The notes under the pieces: generated by a model | What the model saw: only the letters and a program-made list of their open reading frames with translations | The model's database searches: none | What the model was told of the DNA's origin: nothing | Assembly (NCBI GenBank): GCA_025059535.1 | Contig: JANXCX010000006.1 | Coordinates: 10,913 to 74,912, forward strand | Origin: Bacteroidia bacterium | GTDB taxonomy: Bacteria; Bacteroidota; Bacteroidia; SpSt-205 | Length of the DNA: 64,000 nt | Direction: 5' to 3' | Translations under genes and position numbers: made by a program | Shown here: positions 27,113 to 37,672 of the stretch, in pieces | Layout of the letters: every line of letters starts with the position of its first letter | Position numbering within the stretch: position 1 is the stretch's first letter

Positions 27113-27609
27113 TGGAGGCCCCCCTTAACCGAGTAGAAGCGGCGGGGCTCCGCACTATAGATTTGACCCAGCTCCTCCCCCTCCCCCCTGTACGTCCACT
27201 GGACTTAGCTCAGTTTTTGGAGGAAGGGCTAGTTCTGCGGGAAAAGGCCTTTCGCACCGCTCTGGCCCAGCATGACTGGAAAGCCTATCAGGATGCCCTT
27301 GTACCTATCTTTGTCAGTACTGAGGCTATAGTTCCGCCCTGGGCCTTTCTTCTTGTGGGGATGTACTTAGCCCCTTATGCCCGCTACTATGGCGTAGGCC
27401 CCCCCGAAGCCGTCATAGAGCGCTACCAGCTCCTCCAATTTCAAGAACTTCCCTTAGAGCCCTTTCGGGACCAGAAAATTCTTCTCAAGGGCTGTGCGAA
27501 TCTCTCCCCCGCCATCCTTACCGAATTTTTTCGGCGCGTGATGCCGGTGGCACGGCTAGTATTCTATGGCGAGGCCTGCTCCAGCGTACCTATTTACAAG
27601 CGTAAATAA
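27112..27609 (+). CDS. DUF2480-like hypothetical protein
   Basis: ATG sits exactly at the tRNA 3' end. C-terminal YGEACSSVPIYKRK resembles the DUF2480 terminus. The ORF-track N-terminal extension would overlap the tRNA. Confidence 0.45.
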   Translation: MEAPLNRVEAAGLRTIDLTQLLPLPPVRPLDLAQFLEEGLVLREKAFRTALAQHDWKAYQDALVPIFVSTEAIVPPWAFLLVGMYLAPYARYYGVGPPEAVIERYQLLQFQELPLEPFRDQKILLKGCANLSPAILTEFFRRVMPVARLVFYGEACSSVPIYKRK

Positions 27610-27622
27610 ATCACTCCAACCT

Positions 27623-28171
27623 ATGACGAAACCCCTGCGACTTTTTCTGATAGGTCTGATTGCTATGGTAGGCTGTATGCGGGAGCGACGAGATGGGGAC
27701 GAAACCGTAGGCCATGGTACCGTAACTACCCTTGAGCTGGGCCTGGTGAAAGGAAATGACACGATTTGGGGCCGGTATAAAGACCCCGATGGGTATGGGG
27801 GCCGCCCGCCTTCCGTAGACACGCTGCGCCCCGACCCAAACACCGAGTACAGCTACTTTATTCGCCTGCGTAATGAAAGCGGTAACCCTCCCGAAGACCT
27901 TACCCAGGCTATAATAGAGGGCCAGAAAGATTACCACCGTTTCTTTTTCCTTCTTGAACCGGAGACCCTTGCACAGGTGACCCCCCAGGATCAGGACAGC
28001 CGGGGTAAGCCCATAGGGGCAAAGGGAAAATGGGTTCAGGGCCCTTCCTCCATTCTTTCTGGCCGGGCTCGGATCCTTCTGCGGCACTATCTCAGCGCCG
28101 CGGATAAAGACTATGGCCTCGAGCGCGGGAGTACCGACATAGACGCGACCATCCCCGTAAAAGCCCCTTAG
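27623..28171 (+). CDS. Hypothetical lipoprotein
   Basis: MTKPLRLFLIGLIAMVGC is a signal peptide plus lipobox. Start moved to this Met. Confidence 0.4.
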   Translation: MTKPLRLFLIGLIAMVGCMRERRDGDETVGHGTVTTLELGLVKGNDTIWGRYKDPDGYGGRPPSVDTLRPDPNTEYSYFIRLRNESGNPPEDLTQAIIEGQKDYHRFFFLLEPETLAQVTPQDQDSRGKPIGAKGKWVQGPSSILSGRARILLRHYLSAADKDYGLERGSTDIDATIPVKAP

Positions 28172-28174
28172 ATT

Positions 28175-28555
28175 ATGAGCCTTTCTGCCCGGCGACACCT
28201 TCGTTCGCATGGGCTGCGCTGTACTGAGCCGCGCCGCTGCATAGTAGAGGCCCTCCGCAGCGGCCCTAAAACGCATGCCGAGCTCCTACGCCTTACGCGG
28301 TTAGATCGAGTAACCGTGTATCGCAACCTAATTACCCTACAACGAGTGGGACTTGTGTATCGGGTGTATTTTCCCGGCAAACCTCCCCTTTATGTACTTT
28401 GCCAGCAGGAGAAGCAGGGTACCCATGCGCATTTCTTTTGTCAGAAGTGTCATAAGGCATTTTGCCTCCCCTCAGAAGCCATTCAGCTAACGGGGGTTTG
28501 GGCGGGCCACACCGAGCGGATTATCCTATTCGGGCAGTGCCCGGAGTGCGGCTAG
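28175..28555 (+). CDS. Fur family transcriptional regulator
   Basis: wHTH plus C-terminal HxH..C..C metal site (HAHFFCQKCHKAFC...CPEC). 126 aa. Confidence 0.7.
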   Translation: MSLSARRHLRSHGLRCTEPRRCIVEALRSGPKTHAELLRLTRLDRVTVYRNLITLQRVGLVYRVYFPGKPPLYVLCQQEKQGTHAHFFCQKCHKAFCLPSEAIQLTGVWAGHTERIILFGQCPECG

Positions 28556-29836
28556 CGCCTCCGCTACGAGGAAAAGACTACCCGTCACCAGTACACTAGC
28601 GTACTTCTCTAAGGCGGTTCGGAGCGCTACCTCTACCGAGGGGTACACAGCGCCTAGATACCCTAAAGGTTCCGCAAGAGCTTTTAGCTGCTCGGCGGGT
28701 AAAGCGCGCGAGGTCCGAGCGGCCGTAAAAAATACCTCTCCAGGCCAGCCGCCCAGCGCCTTCAGCGCTGCCTCTACGGCTTTTTCGCGCGAAAAGCCTA
28801 GTACAAGGGCCTGCGGCTTTATCGGTACATGCGAAAGGAACTGCCGCAAAGCCCAGAAAGCCGGTTCGTTATGGGCCACATCCAGGAGAAGCCAGCGGTC
28901 TTTCTTTCGTACCCACTGACCCCGGCCATAAAGAGGGGCTTCTTGGGCTGCTCGGCGAATCCCCAGGCGTAAGGCCATATCGGAAATCTTCCATCCCATC
29001 AGGCGCAGTACCCCCACAACTTGAAGAACTGTAGCAAGGTTATACCCCTGATAATCCCCGGTAAGGTCGCATTCCCACAGCGTGCCCGTTTGAGGGTCTC
29101 GGAAGAGCCGATAGAGCGCACTATCCGATTCTACCCACCCCTCCGCCAGCAGGGGGTAAGGAGTGATGTAAAGCGGGGCCTGCCTGAGGGTGGCCACCCG
29201 CTGGCAAGCCGTCAACGCCGCTGGGGGCAGCTCTGGCCCCAACACCACCGGCCGAAAAGGCTTTATAATGCCAGCTTTCTGGGTCGCAATTGCCTCAAGG
29301 GAGGCGCCCAGTACCTCCATATGGTCCCATCCGATAGAGGTGATGACGGACAGAAGCGGCGAAATGATATTCGTAGCATCCCAAGTGCCCCCTAAGCCTA
29401 CCTCTACCACCGCAATATCCACCGCCGCTTCGGCAAACCAGGCAAGGCTCAGACCAACCGTGACCTCAAAAAAGGAGAGATTTTCAGTGGTTATAAAATT
29501 AGCCCACCGCTCCAGAAAGGCGTCTACCCAAGCAGCGGGCGGCTCCTGGCCGTTTACCCGGAGCCGCTCCGTAAAGGTGAAAAAATGGGGCGAGGTATGA
29601 AATCCCACCTTATAGCCGGCTTGACGCAGGATATTAGCCAGTAGGGCGGCGACAGAGCCCTTCCCATTTGTGCCCGCTATGTGGAGGATGGGGTAACGGC
29701 GATGGGGATGGCCAAGGGCGGCATCCCATTTCTCTATGAAGGCTAAGGTGGGGTGGAGCGCCTTTCGGCCAGCCTGCTCATAAGCTTGCAAGCGCTCGTA
29801 CAGCCAGGCTTGCCACTGCGCCAGGGTGCGTGGCAC
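28526..29836 (-). CDS. folC: Bifunctional folylpolyglutamate synthase / dihydrofolate synthase
   Basis: IAGTNGKGS P-loop of the Mur ligase family. 436 aa. GTG start. Confidence 0.85.
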   Translation of the reverse strand: MPRTLAQWQAWLYERLQAYEQAGRKALHPTLAFIEKWDAALGHPHRRYPILHIAGTNGKGSVAALLANILRQAGYKVGFHTSPHFFTFTERLRVNGQEPPAAWVDAFLERWANFITTENLSFFEVTVGLSLAWFAEAAVDIAVVEVGLGGTWDATNIISPLLSVITSIGWDHMEVLGASLEAIATQKAGIIKPFRPVVLGPELPPAALTACQRVATLRQAPLYITPYPLLAEGWVESDSALYRLFRDPQTGTLWECDLTGDYQGYNLATVLQVVGVLRLMGWKISDMALRLGIRRAAQEAPLYGRGQWVRKKDRWLLLDVAHNEPAFWALRQFLSHVPIKPQALVLGFSREKAVEAALKALGGWPGEVFFTAARTSRALPAEQLKALAEPLGYLGAVYPSVEVALRTALEKYASVLVTGSLFLVAEALAALRALPE

Positions 29837-29857
29837 CCTGCGAAGGTAGAGAAAGGC

Positions 29858-29865
29858 TACTTTTG
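29858..29865 (+). promoter_or_regulatory. -7 box TACTTTTG, 4 nt upstream of ATG 29870
   Basis: TACTTTTGtagcATG. Supports the internal start of the aldehyde dehydrogenase gene. Confidence 0.45.
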
Positions 29866-29869
29866 TAGC

Positions 29870-31558
29870 ATGGAGCTTTTCCTTTCGGCGGCGCCGCGAG
29901 CCGAACTATGGGCTAAGCATCAGCCACGCCTCCTTGCGGCGCGCAAGGCCTGGCAGCAGCGCACCTTCTGGGTTGGCTACCCTGAAGACCCTAAAAGCTA
30001 TCCTGAAACGGCGGCCGCTCAGGGCGAAGCCGACTTCCAAGCCCAGCTCCAAAAGCCCTTCCGAAGGCTTCGGCAGGAAAGTTCTACCTGGCTTACCTCC
30101 GACGAAGTTTCCCCCTACACGCAAGCGCATTTAGGCATAAGCTATCCCCAATCTTCCCCCGACCGCCTTATCCGAAAGGCCGAAGAAGCCTTAGCTGTAT
30201 GGCGCTGGGTACCTTGGAACGAACGGCTGGGTGTCCTTATGGAAAGCCTAGAGCGATTTGCCGAGAGGTTCTTTGAGGTGGCGCATGCTACGCTGCATAC
30301 GACGGGGCAAGCCTGGATGATGGCCTTTCAGGCCTCTGGCCCGCATGCGGCAGACCGGGCCCTGGAAGCCTTAGCCGTAGCCTACCATGAGCTAGAGGCG
30401 ATTCCCTCCCATGTCCGATGGGAAAAAGAAGCCGGACGCAGCCGCATCGTCATAGAGAAATACTTTTTCCCTCAGCCAGAGGGGATCTCGCTTCACATTG
30501 GCGTATCTACTTTTCCGGTTTGGAATACTTTACCAGGCCTTTATGCCAGTTTAGCGGTGGGCAGCCCCGTTATCCTCAAGCCGCACCCTCGCGCCATATA
30601 CCCTATCGCTATCGTAGCAGCGGTACTTCAGCAAACTTTTGCCGACTATGATTTGCCCCCTGAGATTGTGCAGCTTGCTGTGGATACGGTAGCGGCCCCC
30701 ATCACGAAGCAGCTCGCCGAACACCCTGCCATACGGATTATAGATTACACGGGCGGGCCAGAATTCGGCGCCTACTTGGAAAGCCTTCCAGGCAAAATCA
30801 CCTTTCTGGAAAAAGCTGGCGTAAATGGGGTACTTTTAGAAAGCGTAACTGACCTGGAGGCCGTGGCAAAGAATATAGCCTTTTCAGCCAGTCTTTATAG
30901 CGGGCAGATGTGCACTGCTCCGCAAAATGTGTATATTCCCCGAACGGGCGTGCGAACGCCGCAAGGCATAGTTTCCTATGAGACCGTTACGGAAATAGTG
31001 CAAAAGGCCATAGATGATTTAGCCAGTCATCCTAAAGCGGCACCGGCCATTTTGGGGGCTTTGCAAAACGCTGGGGTGGCCGAGCGCATTGCGCGCCTAA
31101 GCCAGCAGGTACAGGTACGGAGGCCTGCGCAGGCCTATACCCATCCGCAGTTTGCTCAGGCACGCACCCTCACGCCCTTAGTGGCGGAGGTAGCGCAGCC
31201 CGAAGATCCCCCCGTTCTTCATGAGCACTTCGGCCCTCGGCTCCTCTTTATTCCCGTCCGCAGCGCCGAGGAAGGCCTGGACGCGCTCTGCCAGCTGGCG
31301 CGCACCAGAGGCATGTTGGCTTGCGCCCTCTACACCACCGACCCGAGCTTCCAGAGCCGAGCGGTTCGTCAGCTTACCGAAGCCGGCGTAGCCCCAAGCC
31401 TCAACTTCCATGGCCAGGCTTTTATCAACCAGAGCGTAGCATTTTCGGATTTTCACGGAACAGGGGCTAACCCCGCCGGCAATGCCTCCTTTACGGATAC
31501 CAGTTTTATCGTCAAGCGCTTCCGCTGGCTGCAGGTGCGCCACTGCCTCGCAGGCTAA
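29870..31558 (+). CDS. Aldehyde dehydrogenase family protein (PaaN-like long form)
   Basis: GQMCTAPQNVYIP catalytic Cys motif and LEKAGVNG (ELGG-equivalent). Start moved from 29753 to avoid an 84-nt divergent overlap with folC. Confidence 0.65.
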   Translation: MELFLSAAPRAELWAKHQPRLLAARKAWQQRTFWVGYPEDPKSYPETAAAQGEADFQAQLQKPFRRLRQESSTWLTSDEVSPYTQAHLGISYPQSSPDRLIRKAEEALAVWRWVPWNERLGVLMESLERFAERFFEVAHATLHTTGQAWMMAFQASGPHAADRALEALAVAYHELEAIPSHVRWEKEAGRSRIVIEKYFFPQPEGISLHIGVSTFPVWNTLPGLYASLAVGSPVILKPHPRAIYPIAIVAAVLQQTFADYDLPPEIVQLAVDTVAAPITKQLAEHPAIRIIDYTGGPEFGAYLESLPGKITFLEKAGVNGVLLESVTDLEAVAKNIAFSASLYSGQMCTAPQNVYIPRTGVRTPQGIVSYETVTEIVQKAIDDLASHPKAAPAILGALQNAGVAERIARLSQQVQVRRPAQAYTHPQFAQARTLTPLVAEVAQPEDPPVLHEHFGPRLLFIPVRSAEEGLDALCQLARTRGMLACALYTTDPSFQSRAVRQLTEAGVAPSLNFHGQAFINQSVAFSDFHGTGANPAGNASFTDTSFIVKRFRWLQVRHCLAG

Positions 31559-31559
31559 G

Positions 31560-32660
31560 CTATACGGCGAAACGGAAGTAAATAATATCCCCATCCTGCA
31601 CGATATAATCTTTGCCCTCTAGGCGGCGCTTGCCCGCAGCTTGGGCTTCCATTTCACCTCCACAGGCGATGAAATCGGCAAAGGCCGTTACTTCCGCCCG
31701 AATGAAGCCCTGTTCCATATCCGAGTGGATGCGGCCAGCGGCTTGAGGGGCGCGCACGCCTTGCGGTAAGGTCCAGGCGCGGATTTCCTTAGGCCCTAGG
31801 GTAAAGAAGGTGATAAGCCCCAACAGTTTATAGGCCGCACGGATAAGCTGATGTAGCGCAGGTTCCTTGAGGCCATACAGACGGAGGAAGTCGGTTCTTT
31901 CCTCGGGTGGGAGCTGGGCTATCTGCGCCTCTAAAGCTGCGCACAGGGTGAGCGCAGGGGCGCCTTCGGCCGCTGCGAGAGCAGCCACCGCCTCACTGAA
32001 CGCATTTCCCTCAGGCAAACTGGCCTCAGCTACATTAGCCACATACAGCACCGGCTTGAGGGTAAGGAATTGGAAAGGGGCTAAGAGGCTCTGCTCCTCA
32101 GCGTCTAAAGGGAGGGTACGAAGGGGCTGAGCAGCTTGAAGATGGGCTTCGGCGCGCTGGAGCAACACCCAGCGCTTTACCTCTTCGGGAGTGCCCTGAA
32201 GGCGCGCCGCCTTCTCCACCTTCTGAAGCGCCCGCTGAAGCGTCTCTAAATCCTTGAGCTGAAGTTCTAAATCTACTATTTCTTTGTCCCGTATAGGGTC
32301 TGGGGCGCCCTCCACATGAATAATCTCAGGATCCTCAAAGCAGCGTAGGACATGAATGATAGCATCTACTGCGCGGATGTGTGCAAGGAATTGATTGCCT
32401 AAGCCAGCGCCGGCGTGAGCTCCCCGTACTAATCCCGCAATATCCACTACCGTGAGAGTGGCTGGGGTAACCTTTTGCGTAGGGACTAAGGCGGCCAGCT
32501 GGTCTAGCCGGGGATCCGGCACTGGTACAATAGCCCGATTAGGTTCAACGGTACAAAAAGGAAAGTTAGCCGCGGCGGCCAGCGCACTGCCTGCCAGGGC
32601 ATTGAATAAGGTGGATTTGCCTACATTCGGTAGGCCCACTATCCCACAGGCTAAACCCAT
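31560..32660 (-). CDS. ychF: Redox-regulated ribosome-binding ATPase YchF
   Basis: [23 protein letters not shown]1 motif and C-terminal TGS domain. The 27-aa N-terminal extension in the ORF track was rejected. Confidence 0.9.
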   Translation of the reverse strand: MGLACGIVGLPNVGKSTLFNALAGSALAAAANFPFCTVEPNRAIVPVPDPRLDQLAALVPTQKVTPATLTVVDIAGLVRGAHAGAGLGNQFLAHIRAVDAIIHVLRCFEDPEIIHVEGAPDPIRDKEIVDLELQLKDLETLQRALQKVEKAARLQGTPEEVKRWVLLQRAEAHLQAAQPLRTLPLDAEEQSLLAPFQFLTLKPVLYVANVAEASLPEGNAFSEAVAALAAAEGAPALTLCAALEAQIAQLPPEERTDFLRLYGLKEPALHQLIRAAYKLLGLITFFTLGPKEIRAWTLPQGVRAPQAAGRIHSDMEQGFIRAEVTAFADFIACGGEMEAQAAGKRRLEGKDYIVQDGDIIYFRFAV

Positions 32661-32680
32661 GCAGGCAAATTTGGCCGCTA

Positions 32681-34570
32681 TTACCGGACAATAAGCGGCA
32701 CGCGCGGGCCGCTTGGAATGAAGCCGTGCTTGCGCGACCAAAATCCAAATTGCACCCAGTAACGGCCCTCATACTCAGGTTCCATCGGTACAAAAACACC
32801 CTGCACATAGCGGCGCGGCAAATCCCGCTCCCAGTTGTTGAAGGGATAATGCTGCATAATGCGCTTGCCCTCTTTATCGTAAATCTCATAGCTAATTCCT
32901 ACCGCTACCGAATCCGTAGGCAGGCATGGAAGGCGTTCGGCGTAGTCCTGAAAAAGATACACTTCGGCTATAGTATAGCCGCTGCTATACCCCGCTTGCC
33001 GCGAAATGCGCAGCAGGGTATCTTTAGGCCAGAGGCGGAGCTTCCCGGACTCCAGGGCCTCATAGACCACCGACGTCTGGGGATGTGTAAGGATTTGGTA
33101 GGGCCCGTCGGGCACGCGAAAGTAGCGTGGATTGAGCCGGGCAAATTGAACTTCCAGCGGCTTCCACGGCGGGCCCAAGACGTAAGTATGGTGCGTGGCG
33201 CGCGCTAGTGAGTCCATATCGGCTATATCTCCTGTGAGGACAAAAAGCCCTATACTATCTCGGCCCAAACTGGCGGCATAGAGCAGGCTGCTCATAGACC
33301 ATGCATAGGCCGTCCATACGTAGTAGTTAAATTCGGGCGTTAGACTGGCAAAATGAAGTATGGCCTTGAATTCACCTTCTTTTCGGCAACTTTCTACTAA
33401 GCGGCGGGTATGACCAAGGCTTAGCTCAAGGGTGCGCGCCGAGTAGCCAATTCTAATCGCATTTTCCATCACCATGCCTGCGGTGAAGAGGCTAGCGATT
33501 ATTTTTTCGCTGGGTCTTTTTAGGTAAGCGATGGCGGTGAGCGTCCCTACGCCTAAGAGGACAATAACACCAAGTCCATAGAACTCCATGGCGGCAGGGT
33601 GCTCGCCCTGCCAAAGGTAGATAGCAAGATAAAGGGCCGCCGCTAAGCTGGCGCTCCCTATAGCCAGTAAGAGGCCTAACCCACGCCAGCCATATCCTAC
33701 AGGTAGGTAAAGCCCCACTAGGGCTACAACTATCAAGCTAAAGGGATGATGGAAGGGGTAGAAGTACCTAAGGTGAAGGCCCATTCGTGAGGCCATAAAG
33801 CCTTCGGTAAAGAGCGTGCGGAGCTTAGGTAGCAGCTCACTTAGCGGCACGGCCTTCGTAGCCTCATAGCCGGTCAGAAATACAAAGTATTTCAGGGCTA
33901 CCAGAGTAAGGGTCAAGCCTAGCAAACTAGCGCCGAGCCAGCGGTCCTTTTGGTCACTAAGAAAAAAGGTCAGCAAAGCCCCTTCCAGAAGCGCAAAACC
34001 GCTTATAGGATGAGCAAAGAAGAGCCCAGCTACCGCTAGGCTAAGCCCCAGCGCTAAGTAAAAGTAGCGCCTATGAGAGGTCCTTTGAAAGGCCATAAGC
34101 CAAATGGCTGTACTACTCCCAGCCAAAGAGAGAGCCAGCGTAGCGGAATTTGTACTGTAAAACACATCGCGCGAAAGAAGGTACGGTAGAGCAGGCAGAA
34201 AGGCCAAGCATTTTTCTTCCAAAGTACGGGCCAGTCTGTACACCACTATAAATCCCAAGAACCCAACCAGAAGGTAGCCTAAAGAAAACAGGGCTACAAC
34301 TACGCGAAAGGGTAGGCCCAGCTTTACGCCCAGCCAGGTGGGGCCATGCGCCAGAAGATGGGCGTAACGCTGATGGTCAATAGCTATATCCCCAAGGGCT
34401 ACAAGGCGATACAAAAGATAAGACCAGTCGTACCAAAAGGCCCTTTCCTGAGCAAACCTCAGAGAAAGGAGGGCAAAATAGATCCACAATCCCCAGCCTA
34501 GGCGCAGTAGGAGTTTCTGAAAAATCCTACTTAGTTCCTCCTGGGCTGGCGCAGAGAGGAGGAACGGCAT
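32681..34570 (-). CDS. Polytopic membrane protein with a C-terminal soluble domain (hypothetical, possibly a glycosyltransferase-like membrane protein)
   Basis: Many TM helices. Start placed at the Met that follows a -7 box (TATCTTTGgccacaATG), removing the overlap with the divergent AsmA gene. Confidence 0.4.
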   Translation of the reverse strand: MPFLLSAPAQEELSRIFQKLLLRLGWGLWIYFALLSLRFAQERAFWYDWSYLLYRLVALGDIAIDHQRYAHLLAHGPTWLGVKLGLPFRVVVALFSLGYLLVGFLGFIVVYRLARTLEEKCLAFLPALPYLLSRDVFYSTNSATLALSLAGSSTAIWLMAFQRTSHRRYFYLALGLSLAVAGLFFAHPISGFALLEGALLTFFLSDQKDRWLGASLLGLTLTLVALKYFVFLTGYEATKAVPLSELLPKLRTLFTEGFMASRMGLHLRYFYPFHHPFSLIVVALVGLYLPVGYGWRGLGLLLAIGSASLAAALYLAIYLWQGEHPAAMEFYGLGVIVLLGVGTLTAIAYLKRPSEKIIASLFTAGMVMENAIRIGYSARTLELSLGHTRRLVESCRKEGEFKAILHFASLTPEFNYYVWTAYAWSMSSLLYAASLGRDSIGLFVLTGDIADMDSLARATHHTYVLGPPWKPLEVQFARLNPRYFRVPDGPYQILTHPQTSVVYEALESGKLRLWPKDTLLRISRQAGYSSGYTIAEVYLFQDYAERLPCLPTDSVAVGISYEIYDKEGKRIMQHYPFNNWERDLPRRYVQGVFVPMEPEYEGRYWVQFGFWSRKHGFIPSGPRVPLIVR

Positions 34571-34576
34571 TGTGGC

Positions 34577-34584
34577 CAAAGATA
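34577..34584 (-). promoter_or_regulatory. -7 box TATCTTTG, 6 nt upstream of the ATG at 34570 (minus strand)
   Basis: Minus strand reads TATCTTTGgccacaATG. Confidence 0.4.
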
Positions 34585-34616
34585 GCGGGAAGCCGTGAGG
34601 CATAGGCATTTCGCCG

Positions 34617-34624
34617 TATTTTTG
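34617..34624 (+). promoter_or_regulatory. -7 box TATTTTTG, 3 nt upstream of the AsmA ATG at 34628
   Basis: TATTTTTGgccATG. Confidence 0.4.
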
Positions 34625-34627
34625 GCC

Positions 34628-37600
34628 ATGCGCCGGCTTTTGTATGGTCTGGCAGGAGGGCTGGGCATTCTCCTTTTGCTAGCCCTGATTATACCCTTTT
34701 TCCTGCGCGATAAGGTGGATGCACTCCTAAAAGCCCAAATAAATAAAAGCCTCAACGCCCTGGTGGATTACAATCGGCTGAGCCTTTCTTTCTTTCGGCA
34801 CTTTCCGGCCCTTACTCTTCGGCTAGAGGGACTTAGAGTGGTGAATAAAGCTCCCTTTACGGGGGATACGCTGCTGGCGTGTGAGGCCCTGGATGTGGGA
34901 GTAAATGCGTGGAAGGCTCTGAAAGGAGAGATAGAGGTTACGCGGCTTTATCTTATTCGGCCGCGCATTCTAGCGCAGGTACGTCGCGATGGCCAGGCCA
35001 GCTGGGCGATTACCTTGCCCGATACGGCTGCTGCGCCCAAGACCGCTGAACGCCCTGATACGGGCGCTTTTCGCTTAGCGCTTCATCGGTATGTCATCCA
35101 GGACGGCTGGGTGGCTTACTATGACTCCGCTAAAGGCCTTTTTGCCCGACTGGAAGGCCTCACCCACACCGGCAAAGGGGACTTTAGCCAAAAGGAATTG
35201 CAGCTGGAAACCGACACGCGCATTGCGCGCACCTTCTTCGCTATGGGTGAGACAAGCTATCTCACAGGCCAGAGGCTGACGGCCGGCATAGATTTAGACA
35301 TAGACTTTCCGAATGCGCGCTATACCCTTCGGCGGGGCTTAGTGCAGCTAAACGACCTCAGGCTGGAGCTTAGCGGTAAGGTCAGCCGGCCCGATACTCT
35401 CACTACCCTATTGGACTTGCGCTTTGCTGCTCCGAAAGCCTCCCTGAAAGAGCTTCTCTCCCTCATACCTGCCGTTTTTCGGAAGGGTTATGAGAGCCTT
35501 TCCACGGAAGGGGCTTTGACGCTGGAGGGGTATGTGCAGGGGGAGCTGCGAGATTCCCTCTTGCCTGCTTTTGGGCTCTCCTTGCGTGTGGAAAAGGGCA
35601 AGTTAATCTACAAGGACCTACCTAAGCCGCTGGAAGATGTGGAAATACGCCTCAAAGTAGAAAATCCTGCCGCCACCTTAGAAAGCCTACAGGTAGCCTT
35701 AGACACTTTTTACCTGCGCGCTGGGAGTACGCAGCTTAGCCTACGCTACCGCAGCCAAGGCCTAAGTACCCTCAACCTGGAAGCTACTGCCACGGGCCAA
35801 GGTAACTTAGCCGATTTTGCCAGCGCCTTACCTTTAGGCTATGAACTGCGCGGAAACTTTGACTTAGCCGCAAATATCCAAGGCGTTTATGCCAAAAATC
35901 GCTTCCCGGCTATTACGGGCCGCTTCAGCCTGCAAGAGGGGTATGTCAAGGCTGCGGCTTTTCCCACAGCGGCCGAAAACATCGCCATAGAATTTGTGGC
36001 GGAAAGTCCCGATGCCTCACCCGCCCGCACTACAGCCACCCTACGACGCCTTTATGCCGTAATAGCCGGCGAACCCATAGAAGCTAATCTCAGCCTACAG
36101 AACTTAGAAGCCCTCAATTACCAAGCCGAAATAAAAGCCCGAGTGGACTTAGAGAAGCTGGCGCACCTTTTACCCTTAGACAGCACCCAGCTGGTGGGTA
36201 AGGTGGCGCTACAGCTCAGCACGCGTGGCAGTCGAGAGGCTCTGGAGAAGCACGATTATACCCGCCTCCCTACACAGGGTTCCCTTACGATTCAAAATCT
36301 CGCTTACCGCAGCCCCGCTCTGCCGCAGGGCCTGAATATCCAGCAGGCTAGCTTCAGCTTTACGCCACGCTATGCGGAGCTGCAAGGTTATAAAGGGACC
36401 ATAGGAAACTCGGATATCGCGCTGGACGGCCGCCTAGAAAATTATCTTGGCTACCTCATTAAAGATGAAAAAATCATAGGCCAACTTAGCCTGAAAAGTA
36501 ACTACTTGGACCTCAACCCGTGGATCTCCAAGGAGCCTACCCCTCAGCCTCAGCAGCCAGCCGATACCAGCGCGCCCTTGGAAGTGGTGGTACTTCCCGC
36601 CAATATAGACTTTACCTTTGAGGCCCAGATAGGCGAGCTGGTATATGAAAAAATGCGGTTTCGCCAGGCACGCGGGCGCATCATTCTACGGGATCAGGCG
36701 CTTAGGCTAGAAGGGTTTGAAATGGAAGGCTTTGGAGGTAAATTTGCCCTAACGGGTAGTTATATTGCCCCCGATAAGCAAAAGGCCCGCTGGGATATGG
36801 GGTTTGAGCTGCGTGGGGTGCAAGTAGAGGAAGTAGTACCGCATTTCCCCAGCATTCAGAAGCTGAGCCCGATTGTAAAGCGTACCCGCGGTCAGGTTAG
36901 CCTTTCGCTCAAGGCCGCCAGCGCCTTGAAGCCTGACCTTACCCCTGATTTAGCCACACTTTCAGGAAGTGGCCTGGCCGAAGTCTTGCAAGCTACCGTA
37001 GAGGGGTCAACGGCCCTTTCGGCCTTTTCGGCCGCCGCCAAACTTCCGGCTCTCACTCCTTTGCAGCTAAGTAACACCCGTATTCGCTTCCAGCTGCGAA
37101 ACGGTGAGCTTTTAGTAGAGCCTTTTACCGTAGCCGCTGGCCAATACAAGCTGGAGGTAGGCGGGGTAACCCGCTTAGATCAAACGATGGATTATGTGAT
37201 GGGAGTGGAAGTGCCGGCGGGCTGGGCGCAAGGAGCCCTTCAAGCCCTAGGCCTACCCTTAGCCGAGGGAACCACAGTGCGGCTGCTGGCAGAGGTAGGC
37301 GGTAGCGTAACTCAGCCGAAAGTAAAAGGTATTCGGCCAGCGCAGGGACGTGGAGGCGGAGGCGTTTCCGAAGCCGTTACGGCTCGCTTAGAAGCCGAAA
37401 AGCAGCGTTTGGAAGCCGAGCGGCGTGCCCGAGAGGATAGCCTACGCCGAGCCTTAGAGCAAAAACAGCGCGAGGAGGCCGAGCGGCTGCGTCGGGAGGC
37501 GGAGGAGCGCGCCCGTCAGGAGCAAGAACGGCTGCGGCGCGAGGCCGAAGAACGCGCCCGCCAGGAACAAGAGCGCCTGCAGCGCGAAGCCGAAGAACGC

Positions 37601-37672
37601 GCCCGCCAGCTGGAGGAGGAAAAACGCAAAAAGGAAGAAGAGCTACGCCGCCGCCTTCCCTTTGGTCGCTGA
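34628..37672 (+). CDS. AsmA family outer-membrane biogenesis protein with a C-terminal charged coiled-coil repeat tail
   Basis: N-terminal TM anchor (LLYGLAGGLGILLLLALIIPFFL) and a ~900-aa AsmA-like beta-rich region. C-terminal (ERLRREAEERARQEQ)n tail. Confidence 0.6.
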   Translation: MRRLLYGLAGGLGILLLLALIIPFFLRDKVDALLKAQINKSLNALVDYNRLSLSFFRHFPALTLRLEGLRVVNKAPFTGDTLLACEALDVGVNAWKALKGEIEVTRLYLIRPRILAQVRRDGQASWAITLPDTAAAPKTAERPDTGAFRLALHRYVIQDGWVAYYDSAKGLFARLEGLTHTGKGDFSQKELQLETDTRIARTFFAMGETSYLTGQRLTAGIDLDIDFPNARYTLRRGLVQLNDLRLELSGKVSRPDTLTTLLDLRFAAPKASLKELLSLIPAVFRKGYESLSTEGALTLEGYVQGELRDSLLPAFGLSLRVEKGKLIYKDLPKPLEDVEIRLKVENPAATLESLQVALDTFYLRAGSTQLSLRYRSQGLSTLNLEATATGQGNLADFASALPLGYELRGNFDLAANIQGVYAKNRFPAITGRFSLQEGYVKAAAFPTAAENIAIEFVAESPDASPARTTATLRRLYAVIAGEPIEANLSLQNLEALNYQAEIKARVDLEKLAHLLPLDSTQLVGKVALQLSTRGSREALEKHDYTRLPTQGSLTIQNLAYRSPALPQGLNIQQASFSFTPRYAELQGYKGTIGNSDIALDGRLENYLGYLIKDEKIIGQLSLKSNYLDLNPWISKEPTPQPQQPADTSAPLEVVVLPANIDFTFEAQIGELVYEKMRFRQARGRIILRDQALRLEGFEMEGFGGKFALTGSYIAPDKQKARWDMGFELRGVQVEEVVPHFPSIQKLSPIVKRTRGQVSLSLKAASALKPDLTPDLATLSGSGLAEVLQATVEGSTALSAFSAAAKLPALTPLQLSNTRIRFQLRNGELLVEPFTVAAGQYKLEVGGVTRLDQTMDYVMGVEVPAGWAQGALQALGLPLAEGTTVRLLAEVGGSVTQPKVKGIRPAQGRGGGGVSEAVTARLEAEKQRLEAERRAREDSLRRALEQKQREEAERLRREAEERARQEQERLRREAEERARQEQERLQREAEERARQLEEEKRKKEEELRRRLPFGR
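37390..37650 (+). repeat. In-frame tandem repeat. Three 45-bp units (37480-37614) encode ERLRREAEERARQEQ-like units, with degenerate flanks.
   Basis: Units gagcggctgcgtcgggaggcggaggagcgcgcccgtcaggagcaa, gaacggctgcggcgcgaggccgaagaacgcgcccgccaggaacaa and gagcgcctgcagcgcgaagccgaagaacgcgcccgccagctggag. Confidence 0.8.

Noticed and set aside
31560-32741. 27-aa N-terminal extension of YchF in the ORF track
   Set aside because: YchF proteins start at the [17 protein letters not shown] P-loop, so the extension is spurious.
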